Positions 19,065 to 26,563 of a stretch of DNA of 64,000 nucleotides are shown here, piece by piece. This stretch comes from Kiritimatiellia bacterium. Lineage in GTDB: Bacteria; Verrucomicrobiota; Kiritimatiellia; RFP12; UBA1067. Position 1 is the first letter of the stretch; each line of letters starts with the position of its first letter. Location: the NCBI GenBank assembly GCA_045536845.1, contig JAZSOG010000025.1, positions 159,993-223,992 on the forward strand, given 5' to 3'. The notes below the pieces were generated by a model. It searched no databases. It had not been told where the DNA came from and was given only the letters and a program-made list of their open reading frames with translations. The translations under genes and the position numbers were made by a program.

Positions 19065-19740
19065 CCTCACGCAGCTAAGGATGCTCGAGGATCTCGACGG
19101 GCTTCTTCTCGTCGACAAGCCCGCCGGGATCGCGTTCTCGTCCGTCGTAAAGACGGTGAAGCGCAAGTTCAACCTCGTGAAGGTCGGTCACGGCGGCTCC
19201 TTGGACGCGATGGCCTCCGGGCTTTTCGTGGTTCTCATCGGCAGCGCGAACAAGTTTGTCGGCGACATAATGGGCGCAGACCGCTCGTACACGGGAACGA
19301 TGAAGTTCGGAGAGACGACAGATACGGGTGACCGCTATGGAAGGCCGATTCCTCTTCCTGGACGCGTGATGAAGCCGGAAGAGGCGAAGGGTGATCTCTT
19401 CCAGGCCGAGCCGCGCTTCTGCGCCGTCCGCCGCGAGGGCTCGGCGCAGTACGACATCGCCGACACGGGCGAGCACACTCAGTTTCTCGCGCATGTCTAC
19501 CGCTTCGAGGTCGACGAGAAGGATGCGTCTTCGGGAGAGTCCGCCTTTTCGCTCGTCGCCTCGAAGGGCGTGATAGTGCGCGCGCTCGCGCAGGACCTCG
19601 GCGCGACGCTCATGTCGCTCAGGCGCACGAAGATCGGCAAGCTTTCCGTTGACGACGCGATACCGTTTGACAAGCTCCTCGAAACAGACGTCGGGAACCT
19701 CCCGTCATGCGTAGTGCCGATTTCCAGAGCGTTGCGGTAG
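19057..19740 (+). CDS. truB: tRNA pseudouridine(55) synthase
   Basis: GLLLVDKPAGIAFSSVV...KVGHGGSLDAMASGLFVVLIG TruB signature; overlaps rbfA end. Confidence 0.9.
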   Translation: MANLTQLRMLEDLDGLLLVDKPAGIAFSSVVKTVKRKFNLVKVGHGGSLDAMASGLFVVLIGSANKFVGDIMGADRSYTGTMKFGETTDTGDRYGRPIPLPGRVMKPEEAKGDLFQAEPRFCAVRREGSAQYDIADTGEHTQFLAHVYRFEVDEKDASSGESAFSLVASKGVIVRALAQDLGATLMSLRRTKIGKLSVDDAIPFDKLLETDVGNLPSCVVPISRALR

Positions 19741-20543
19741 GCTTCTTCGACGGCGTCCACTTGGGGCACCAGTCCATACTGAAGGGCGCCGAGGCGGCGC
19801 TTACTTTCCGCAATCACCCGCTGGCCGTCCTTTCGCCCGACAGGGCGCCGCGGCTTTTGATGGACGCCGAGGAACGCCTTGCCGCGATCCGCTCGTGCGG
19901 CGTGGGCGAAGTCGTTGCGCTCAATTTCACGCCGGAGTTTGCTCGGCTTTCTCCAGAGGAGTTTCTTGCGATGGCGGGGATCACGCGCAAGGTAAAAGTC
20001 AGGTGCGGCGACAACTGGCGCTTCGGGCGCGGCGGAGCTGCCGACGCGACTTGGCTTCGCGCGCACGGGTATTCGGTCGAAGTCATCCCTGCCGTGGAGT
20101 ATCGCGGCGAAGCCGTTTCCTCGACGCGCATCCGCGCCGCGCTCGAGCGTGGCGAGGTCGAGGACGCAGGGGCGATGCTTGGGCGTCCGTTCGAGGTGCG
20201 CGGCGAGGTCTTCGCGGGGAAGGGCGAGGGTTCGCGTCTTGGCTATCCAACGGTGAACTTAAAGCCGAGTTCGCTCAACATTCGGCTCCCGCTCGGCGTC
20301 TATGCGGCCGAGGTGGGCGGAGTGTGCGCAGTTGCAAATTATGGCCTCGCGCCGACGTTCGGCGAGCGTGCGTGGGAAGAGCCGGTCGTGGAGGTTCATT
20401 TTCTGCGGCAGGCGCCTGATGTGCAGGGCGATGGCTTCGCGGAAGTGAAGCTTCTCCGCTTCCTGCGCCCGGAGCGCAGGTTTGATTCTCTCGATGCGCT
20501 TAAATCACAGATCGCGCGCGACTGCGCAGCGGCATTGGCGTGA
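19707..20543 (+). CDS. ribF: bifunctional riboflavin kinase/FMN adenylyltransferase
   Basis: VAVGFFDGVHLGHQSIL FAD-synthetase N-domain, C-terminal riboflavin kinase domain (GYPTVNL). Confidence 0.9.
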   Translation: MRSADFQSVAVGFFDGVHLGHQSILKGAEAALTFRNHPLAVLSPDRAPRLLMDAEERLAAIRSCGVGEVVALNFTPEFARLSPEEFLAMAGITRKVKVRCGDNWRFGRGGAADATWLRAHGYSVEVIPAVEYRGEAVSSTRIRAALERGEVEDAGAMLGRPFEVRGEVFAGKGEGSRLGYPTVNLKPSSLNIRLPLGVYAAEVGGVCAVANYGLAPTFGERAWEEPVVEVHFLRQAPDVQGDGFAEVKLLRFLRPERRFDSLDALKSQIARDCAAALA

Positions 20544-20629
20544 CGCTGCTACGGTGGTTTGCGGCTACATGACCTTAATCGACTCTAGCTGTCTCTTACT
20601 ATATTTCGTCCGCACCGTAATCTCATTTC

Positions 20630-20759
20630 GCTGTGCTTGATTTCAGCGTGGCAGTTTCGCTATAATACCCCCAACGCCGTTGATAATGAGGAATGTGGAA
20701 GAAAACATCGGAATGGGCGACAAAGACAAAAAGAGCAACACCAAAGGGGTGTCTCCCCA
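20630..20759 (+). repeat. island boundary repeat R1 (promoter TTGATT-18-TATAAT + conserved leader + GGGGTGTCTCCCC hairpin)
   Basis: TTGATTTCAGCGTGGCAGTTTCGCTATAATAC...AATGAGGAATGTGGAAGAAAACATCGGAATGG...AAAGGGGTGTCTCCCCA. Confidence 0.7.
20637..20666 (+). promoter_or_regulatory. sigma70-type promoter in repeat R1 (TTGATT-18 nt-TATAAT)
   Basis: -35 TTGATT 20637-20642, -10 TATAAT 20661-20666; identical arrangement in R2 (26189-26218). Confidence 0.55.
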
Positions 20760-21642
20760 GCGGTCCAAAGTCGGTGCGCGGCGCTGGTATGGCGCGGCGC
20801 GAGGGCTGGCAATCATTCTCCCATTCGAATTGGTTTTGCTGCCGTTCATGATCATGGTGTCTGCCTATCTTCCGCTTGCCATCGTGATTGGTGCATCGCT
20901 TGTTGGCTTGGCGGTTCCCGGCCGGCCACATGTTGGAAAGAGCGCGTGGAGGACTGCTCGAGAGTCGATGGTGTGGATTCTTGCCGCGCTTAATATCGTA
21001 GTCGTTGGGGCCTGTTTTTATTTCACTACCGGTTTCTTCGGTATTGCCTTAAACTCGGGTTTCGAGTCGGCTGTCAAGGATGCAGACCGTATAGTTGTGC
21101 GTGACGGCGGCGGAAGATGGAGTTCCAACCCGGAGAAGGATCATGTGCTCTTTGAGATAACGAACAAGGCGGAGATTGCGACATTCAACGAAATGTTCAG
21201 GTTTTGCGAGCGAGAATTGTTGCAATGCAAATGTAGCGGATATCCTGGCATCGACTGGTGGCGCGACGGACAGCGCATCGCGGTGGCGGGGATTCACCAT
21301 CGCCGTAAGCTCCGCGTTACCGGCATAAGCGGAGACTTGTGTTTCACCGGCGAATCAGGGTGCCGTGTCCAGGATTGGCTCGAAACGCATTGCGGGCTTA
21401 CGCAGGGCGACAATTCTCCGCGGTATCGTCGATGCATGATGGCTCGTGCGATAATTGAGAGTGAGGCGCTTGGTCGGGCGAAGACCAACGAAGGCAGGAA
21501 GCCGACGCTTGACGAGATTCGCGATGAGTTCAAGAAGAACGGGAAAGAGTTTCCGAAGTGTCCGGCCGGCGGCGAATATTCGCTTACCTTCGGCGAGGAT
21601 GGAACGCCGATGGTCAAGTGCACGGTTCCTCGCCATGATTGA
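20686..21642 (+). CDS. island membrane protein A (4 TM + Cys-rich soluble C-domain), N-terminal conserved leader MRNVEENIG..KGVSP
   Basis: Preceded by repeat R1 promoter; TM segments LAIILPFELVLLPFMIMVSAYLPLAIVIGASLVGLAV and MVWILAALNIVVVGACFYFTTGFFGIAL; no known domain. Confidence 0.5.
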   Translation: MRNVEENIGMGDKDKKSNTKGVSPQRSKVGARRWYGAARGLAIILPFELVLLPFMIMVSAYLPLAIVIGASLVGLAVPGRPHVGKSAWRTARESMVWILAALNIVVVGACFYFTTGFFGIALNSGFESAVKDADRIVVRDGGGRWSSNPEKDHVLFEITNKAEIATFNEMFRFCERELLQCKCSGYPGIDWWRDGQRIAVAGIHHRRKLRVTGISGDLCFTGESGCRVQDWLETHCGLTQGDNSPRYRRCMMARAIIESEALGRAKTNEGRKPTLDEIRDEFKKNGKEFPKCPAGGEYSLTFGEDGTPMVKCTVPRHD

Positions 21643-21655
21643 CAATCGGATGCGG

Positions 21656-21680
21656 CGCGGCGGATTTGCCGCGCTTTGCG
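21656..21680 (+). terminator. GC hairpin + T-tract (intrinsic terminator-like) after island gene A
   Basis: CGCGGC-GGATTT-GCCGCG CTTTGCG; a related hairpin GCGGC-GCATTTG-GCCGC occurs at 26169-26184 after gene E. Confidence 0.4.
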
Positions 21681-21690
21681 TCATGGGGAT

Positions 21691-21702
21691 TTGTGATATA
21701 AT
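21691..21702 (+). promoter_or_regulatory. island cassette promoter TTTGTGATATAAT (copy 1)
   Basis: GGATTTGTGATATAATACGGTGCATGATGAAACTGCGCG; ~40-nt block repeated at 24893-24935. Confidence 0.5.
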
Positions 21703-21747
21703 ACGGTGCATGATGAAACTGCGCGCGAGCACATGAGGTCTGGTGCT

Positions 21748-22770
21748 ATGAATGATTTGAAAAAGCCTTTGCCGGTCAAGATCGTCGAGACTCTGGGCTG
21801 GATATATGTCATGCTGTCAGTCCTGTTGTTTATACTGGCGATTGTGAATGCGTGTCGAGGTAGCGGCGAGTCGTTGTCCGGCATTCTCTTTGCCGTGCTG
21901 TTTGGACTTTGCCTGCTGTCGCTGCCAGTTGGCATGGTTTTCGCGCTGCGGCTCGGTAGGCGCACGTGGTTCCTTGTGCCGAATACGATTGTCATGAGTC
22001 TTTGTCTGATTGGCGCAATAGAAGCGCTTTGCAGCTCCGCGACGGCATTGCCATTCGTGCTTTTGGCGTTGCTTTTTGGAATCGGGCCGATGGTCCTTCT
22101 CTTTTTGCCGTCGTCAAGTCGGTGGTTCAATGAAATGTCCGGCGATGACTCTCCCAGCCCTTTCGGATGTGCCGGTATAGTTGTAGTAGGAGTGCTCTGG
22201 TTGGCTTTCGTCGGACCGTGTTTGTCCGAGATGTACTTTAGTAAGATAGGGATGCAAAATGCTTTGTCCCACGCGATGGCAGGGCGCGGACGAGCATTGT
22301 GGGGCTGCATTGTTTTCAACCATTCACGCGAATCTGGAAAAGATTGGGTTGACGCCTCTTCTTGCACGAACTCGACGCAGTTTGTCCAGGCGCTGTGGGC
22401 GAAGCTTGGCGAAGACAAAGCCCCATGCCCTTATCCAGACAGTTGGTGCATCGCCGTAAATCCTCCTGACAATGACAAATTCCCTGTAATGGTCACGGCG
22501 AACATCGATCCGCGCGAACTGCTGTGTTCTCAGGACAAGGACCAGCCCTTGAAGCTGACATGTCCGAAGGAGTGGGGCGGCACCTGCTTCAAGTTTTGCG
22601 AGAAGGCGGGTGTGATTGTCTACAAAGGAGGAGCCTCGCAAATTTTTAGAAATAAGTATGTGCGTCCAAGTTTGATATTCAATGACGGCATACCAAAGCC
22701 CGGCCCCGACACCTATTTCCTGACCCCGACCGGCCGCGTGGACATCTGTACCGCGGGTTCAAGAAACTAA
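21748..22770 (+). CDS. island membrane protein B (5 TM + Cys-rich C-domain)
   Basis: Start chosen at MNDLKK after GAGG RBS; five hydrophobic helices; C-terminal domain with 12 Cys; preceded by TTTGTGATATAATACG promoter module. Confidence 0.5.
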   Translation: MNDLKKPLPVKIVETLGWIYVMLSVLLFILAIVNACRGSGESLSGILFAVLFGLCLLSLPVGMVFALRLGRRTWFLVPNTIVMSLCLIGAIEALCSSATALPFVLLALLFGIGPMVLLFLPSSSRWFNEMSGDDSPSPFGCAGIVVVGVLWLAFVGPCLSEMYFSKIGMQNALSHAMAGRGRALWGCIVFNHSRESGKDWVDASSCTNSTQFVQALWAKLGEDKAPCPYPDSWCIAVNPPDNDKFPVMVTANIDPRELLCSQDKDQPLKLTCPKEWGGTCFKFCEKAGVIVYKGGASQIFRNKYVRPSLIFNDGIPKPGPDTYFLTPTGRVDICTAGSRN

Positions 22771-23336
22771 TGAGCGAAGTTCGGGAGAGTCTGCTTTGCA
22801 AAGCGGGCCGGCTGGTCCGTCGTAGGCCAATTTTGTGTGTTGCGTCGACGTTGGTCTTAGCAGTGGTCATTGTGGTCGTGGCTTTTGTAGCTTACGCCGG
22901 CTATTTTGTGTATCGGTTGCATGTTTTGCATGGCCAACGTGTCGAGAAGACATTTGTTGCTTTGGAAGGCTACGGGGGTGCGGATGCCTTTTATGAAAAA
23001 TGCAAGAAGATTGCTTCGCGCTTGCCGTTTGACGAGGGCATGTCATTTACGGGCATGCGATTGCGGCAAGGCGATTCTTCGACAGAAAATGGGAGATCGA
23101 ATGACGTGGGTTGCATATGGCGGGAGCTGTCGGAATTGGATCCTCAGTATGTGGTGAAGGAATCCGGCAGCAAATGTCTTGTGATTCAGGTGTCGGGCGG
23201 GTTCATGCACATGGGGCTTGTTGTCGCGTTAGGCGACGACTATCTCGGCACAGACAAGTTCCCGGCGGTGTGGGATGCGTCTGGCGATTGGAGCTGGAAA
23301 AGACTGGGCAAATATGTGTATTGGTACGAGGAGTGA
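22770..23336 (+). CDS. island membrane-anchored hypothetical protein C
   Basis: N-terminal TM ILCVASTLVLAVVIVVVAFVAYAGYFVY; start overlaps upstream stop (TAATG). Confidence 0.45.
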   Translation: MSEVRESLLCKAGRLVRRRPILCVASTLVLAVVIVVVAFVAYAGYFVYRLHVLHGQRVEKTFVALEGYGGADAFYEKCKKIASRLPFDEGMSFTGMRLRQGDSSTENGRSNDVGCIWRELSELDPQYVVKESGSKCLVIQVSGGFMHMGLVVALGDDYLGTDKFPAVWDASGDWSWKRLGKYVYWYEE

Positions 23337-23362
23337 CTTTCATTATTGACATGAGGCTGGCT

Positions 23363-23400
23363 GGGACATTGGTGGGGACATTGGGACATTGGGGACATTG
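23363..23400 (+). repeat. microsatellite (GGGACATTG[G])x4
   Basis: ctGGGACATTGGtGGGGACATTGGGACATTGGGGACATTGGgg. Confidence 0.8.
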
Positions 23401-23412
23401 GGGAGACACCCC
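23400..23412 (-). repeat. REP-like hairpin GGGGTGTCTCCCC (minus orientation) upstream of transposase
   Basis: Plus strand reads GGGGAGACACCCC; other copies at 20746-20758(+), 24414-24426(+), 24704-24715(+, 12/13), 26290-26302(+). Confidence 0.5.
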
Positions 23413-23792
23413 ATTTTCGTTTCGCTTTTCAGCGCCGATTTTGCCCATTGTCGCCGCTTATCGCAATTTCCCCAGGTTTCCCCCTTGCCTTTTCTCGCCC
23501 ATTATGCGATAATCCTTCCGTTCCTCGGAATTGAACACCGTTGGCGGACGGATACAAGGGGGAACCATGGAGAGTCTGCGGGTTGAAACGCCAGTAGTCC
23601 TTGGTCATCGTGCCGAGGGTGTTGATCGGCGGAACCGCAGACACCGCGTCGCGCGAGGGCTGGCTGGCCCGCAGGCCGCCGGAAGGCGGTGCACAACGCG
23701 CGCGGACTGGCCCGGCATGGCCCATTCCAGATTGCCGAACGCATGGCCGCGTGGCCGTGCGCATTCGGAAACTGCAATCGGAGGGCCACCAA

Positions 23793-24620
23793 ATGGCAAG
23801 AACGGCAAGAGTCAAGAGCGTTGGCGAGGGAACGGCGTACTATCACCTCGTTTCCCGCGCCAGCAACAAACAATTCCTATTTCGGAAATCAGCGGCGAAA
23901 GACCGCCTTGCGGAACTCGCTCGGAAGGCGGCCGAGTTCAGCGGGATCAAGCTTGTCGCATTCGCCGTGATGGACAACCATTACCACATACTCTGCAAGG
24001 TTACGCGCAGCTGCGACCCGGTTCCGCAGGAAGAGGTTGTCCGGCGTGTGGGCATCCTCAAGGGGACAAAGGCTGCTGAGTTTCTTGCGGAGCACTGGAG
24101 GGAGCTTGCGGCTGCGGGTTTTGACGCGACGCTCCAGTCCGAGCTCGGCCGCTACCGCGCACGCATGAACGACATAAGCGAGTTCATGAAGACGATGAAG
24201 GAGCTCTACGCGATATGGTACAACCGCGAGTACGACTACAGCGGCAGCATCTGGAGCGGTGTGTTCAAGTCGACGATGGTCGAGGGAGGCCGATACCTTG
24301 AGTACTGCCGCCGGTACATCATGATGAACCCCGTGCGTGCCGGGATTGTGTCGCAGGTGAAGGACTATCGCTGGGTTTGTGGCGCAGAACCCGAAGAAAC
24401 GGAAGGCTTCGCGGGGTGTCTCCCCGAATGGAGCGTGACGGCGAGGGTGGCGCAGGTCGGGGCGGGGAAGATCTTCGGCAGCGAGGCGTTCGTGCGGAAG
24501 TGGATAGACGGGCTCGGCGACAAGTTCCCCGCGGCGCGGACGGCGGCGCACGCCGTGGGGCGCATCGGCTTTTCGTCGCATGGCTGGCGGCTGGCGAAGA
24601 GGGACGAAAGGGCGGCATAG
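23793..24620 (+). CDS. IS200-like HuH (Y1) transposase / REP-associated tyrosine transposase-like
   Basis: HuH motif MDNHYHILCKV; downstream IWSGVFKSTMVEGGRYLEYCRRYIMMNPVRAGIV typical of PF01797-like transposases; 275 aa. Confidence 0.65.
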   Translation: MARTARVKSVGEGTAYYHLVSRASNKQFLFRKSAAKDRLAELARKAAEFSGIKLVAFAVMDNHYHILCKVTRSCDPVPQEEVVRRVGILKGTKAAEFLAEHWRELAAAGFDATLQSELGRYRARMNDISEFMKTMKELYAIWYNREYDYSGSIWSGVFKSTMVEGGRYLEYCRRYIMMNPVRAGIVSQVKDYRWVCGAEPEETEGFAGCLPEWSVTARVAQVGAGKIFGSEAFVRKWIDGLGDKFPAARTAAHAVGRIGFSSHGWRLAKRDERAA

Positions 24621-24703
24621 GCGGAATGCGGAAGAAATGAGACGATGCGCAGGGGAAAAGTGAGGGAAAGGAGCGGAAAGAGAATGAAAATAGGCGCTGC
24701 CTG

Positions 24704-24715
24704 TGGGGTGTCTCC
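24704..24715 (+). repeat. REP-like hairpin copy (GGGGTGTCTCCC) downstream of transposase, inverted relative to upstream copy
   Basis: Lies 84 nt after transposase stop; forms inverted pair with copy at 23400-23412. Confidence 0.45.
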
Positions 24716-24898
24716 CTTGGGCCACTACACTCGTTGCGCTTCCTTGGCCCGTCGTGGCGGCAAGGCTCGGCGGGCATCGCGAGGCGCGCGCCGGAGTCTA
24801 CTGCTGCGGCAGCAGGTCTGTCTTTAGGATGGCATTGCTACGCTTTAGATCGAACGCCAGCGTGCGCCCCAAGACTTCGCCTATAGCTTCCTTGGAAT

Positions 24899-24910
24899 TT
24901 GTGATATAAT
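24899..24910 (+). promoter_or_regulatory. island cassette promoter TTTGTGATATAAT (copy 2), 7 nt before ATG of gene D
   Basis: GGAATTTGTGATATAATACGACGCATGAGGAAAATGCGCG. Confidence 0.5.
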
Positions 24911-24917
24911 ACGACGC

Positions 24918-25397
24918 ATGAGGAAAATGCGCGAAAGCTTGTGGAATCGGGCTCGTTGCCTTTTGGGCTTGATTGCTGTCTGCGCCATGCCTTTTTTCAT
25001 TGTCGGCCTTCTGTTTGCAGATGAACTGTCGTTTTGGAGAATGGCGTTGGCTTATGCGATAGCGGTATGTTCGCGGCAGGGGTTCAAGTTGGCGTTTAAT
25101 GGACGAAGGAAGGTGTGGCCTATAGTTGCTGCATGTCTGTTGCTGCCCATTGCCATTATCTGTGCGGCATTTGTCGCGTGGCGTCCAGAGCATTGGGCGG
25201 TTTGCGGGTGTGGTCAGCCGTTGGATTACATCGTTCCGGCGCAGTTCTATCCTGGCCCCATTGTCTCGGCGGGAATATTGATTATCGCGTCGCTATGGTG
25301 CGAGCATGACGCGTTTCGCGGGCTTGGTGCAAAGATTCTTTTCTACGCGGCTTGTATGGTGATGGCTTGGTTTGCGTTGAATTTTGCCGAGCAATGA
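24918..25397 (+). CDS. island membrane protein D (4 TM)
   Basis: Leaderless start 7 nt after TTTGTGATATAAT; four hydrophobic helices; no known domain. Confidence 0.45.
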   Translation: MRKMRESLWNRARCLLGLIAVCAMPFFIVGLLFADELSFWRMALAYAIAVCSRQGFKLAFNGRRKVWPIVAACLLLPIAIICAAFVAWRPEHWAVCGCGQPLDYIVPAQFYPGPIVSAGILIIASLWCEHDAFRGLGAKILFYAACMVMAWFALNFAEQ

Positions 25398-25435
25398 AAG
25401 ACACCTTCAGTGACATGCCCAGCGGAACTTAGCAG

Positions 25436-26110
25436 ATGAAAAGAAGAAAGCAGAGATGGTGTTGGCGAATGGACATGGATGTCTTGCGCTGTGTTTTGTT
25501 CTTTTCATTCCTTGTCTTGTTGCTTGCGGCGCTGGGATTGTTGGTAAATGGCATAGTGATTGTGGTGAGGATGTGTCTGCGCGGTTCTGCATTGGGCTTT
25601 GTACTCTTGGCGGCGGTAATCTTGCCCGTCGCTGGTTTTTTCATTGTGCGACGTATTCTGAGAAATCGGGAGCTCAATTCGCTGTTGTCGCGGGGTGTCG
25701 ACTTCGGGTTGAAGGCCGAGTCGCTTCAGATGGTTGACGAGATCATCGAGAAGCACGGGAGGCGCTGTCGCCGGACGGTGGCATTAAAGGCGGAGATCGC
25801 GCCGATGGTTCGATCAATCACCAGTCGCTACAATTCGATTCGCCTCGGGAAGAAGACGGTTTTTAACAGTCATGATCTGCGAACGGGCGTGTCGGGCGGC
25901 TTCAAGGGACGCCCGGCTGACAGTTATTTTGCAATTGCATATGAAGACGAGTCTTGCTATCTTGTCAAATGTTCGCCTTCGGATGAAGCAATATACTACG
26001 ACGAGTACGAATGGATGCGCGAGCCGATTCCATATGCGAGCGACATCCGCCACTATATAGCTTTGCGCTATCAGGAGCTGATGGGGCCTGACACCCGAAA
26101 CCGCGCTTGA
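25436..26110 (+). CDS. island membrane protein E (2 TM + soluble C-domain)
   Basis: TM helices VLFFSFLVLLLAALGLLVNGIVIVV and FVLLAAVILPVAGFFIV; start possibly 25469. Confidence 0.45.
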   Translation: MKRRKQRWCWRMDMDVLRCVLFFSFLVLLLAALGLLVNGIVIVVRMCLRGSALGFVLLAAVILPVAGFFIVRRILRNRELNSLLSRGVDFGLKAESLQMVDEIIEKHGRRCRRTVALKAEIAPMVRSITSRYNSIRLGKKTVFNSHDLRTGVSGGFKGRPADSYFAIAYEDESCYLVKCSPSDEAIYYDEYEWMREPIPYASDIRHYIALRYQELMGPDTRNRA

Positions 26111-26185
26111 TTCCCTTGTGTCGGTTTTGCTGAACCAACTACGTCTTCGGGTGAGAAGCCTAATAGTCGCGGCGCATTTGCCGCG

Positions 26186-26303
26186 CACTTGATTTCAGCG
26201 TAGCAGTTTCGCTATAATACGCGCACCACCTTGAAATGAGGAATGTGAAAGAAAACATCGGAATTGACGATAAAAAGTGCAACGCCAAAGGGGTGTCTCC
26301 CCA
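26186..26303 (+). repeat. island boundary repeat R2 (copy of R1)
   Basis: TTGATTTCAGCGTAGCAGTTTCGCTATAATAC...AATGAGGAATGTGAAAGAAAACATCGGAATTG...AAAGGGGTGTCTCCCCA. Confidence 0.7.
26189..26218 (+). promoter_or_regulatory. sigma70-type promoter in repeat R2
   Basis: TTGATT 26189-26194, TATAAT 26213-26218. Confidence 0.55.
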
Positions 26304-26388
26304 TTTGATCCAAGAGTCCGCGCCAGAGGCGGACGAATATGATGACTGGGACACATGGGATCAGCGCTTCAAGGCTTTGCTGGGCTGA
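26236..26388 (+). CDS. 50-aa ORF carrying the conserved island leader MRNVKENIGIDDKKCNAKGVSP
   Basis: Driven by repeat R2 promoter; first 23 codons ~85% identical at nt level to start of protein A; acidic Trp-rich tail DEYDDWDTWDQRF. Confidence 0.3.
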   Translation: MRNVKENIGIDDKKCNAKGVSPHLIQESAPEADEYDDWDTWDQRFKALLG

Positions 26389-26542
26389 TTTCGCTCGGAA
26401 CAGCCGGGGACACGATAGGCCCGTTTTTCGCCTGTTCGCCGTAGTTTTGGCGAAGGTGGATGTCTTTCGTGTATTTCGTGGTTAATCCTCCGCGGCGCAT
26501 TCCCCCAAAAAATTGTGAAACGCCAAGTCGCATTAGTGTGGA

Positions 26543-26554
26543 TTATGCTATAAT
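26543..26554 (+). promoter_or_regulatory. -10 element ATGCTATAAT, near-leaderless phosphohexomutase start 26564
   Basis: TATAAT ends 9 nt before ATG. Confidence 0.4.
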
Positions 26555-26563
26555 TATCTCGAT

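Larger units (their letters stand above)
20630..26303 (+). mobile_element. lower-GC accessory island bounded by ~125-nt imperfect direct repeats, containing promoter-leader cassettes and an IS200-like transposase
   Basis: Direct repeats at 20630-20759 and 26186-26303 (~85% identity by eye); interior visibly AT-richer than flanks; transposase 23793-24620. Confidence 0.45.

Noticed and set aside
21681-22418. 245-aa minus-strand ORF overlapping island gene B
   Set aside because: Ser/Pro/Thr-rich low-complexity product. The + strand ORF has coherent TM helices and a promoter, so it is preferred, though neither has homology support.
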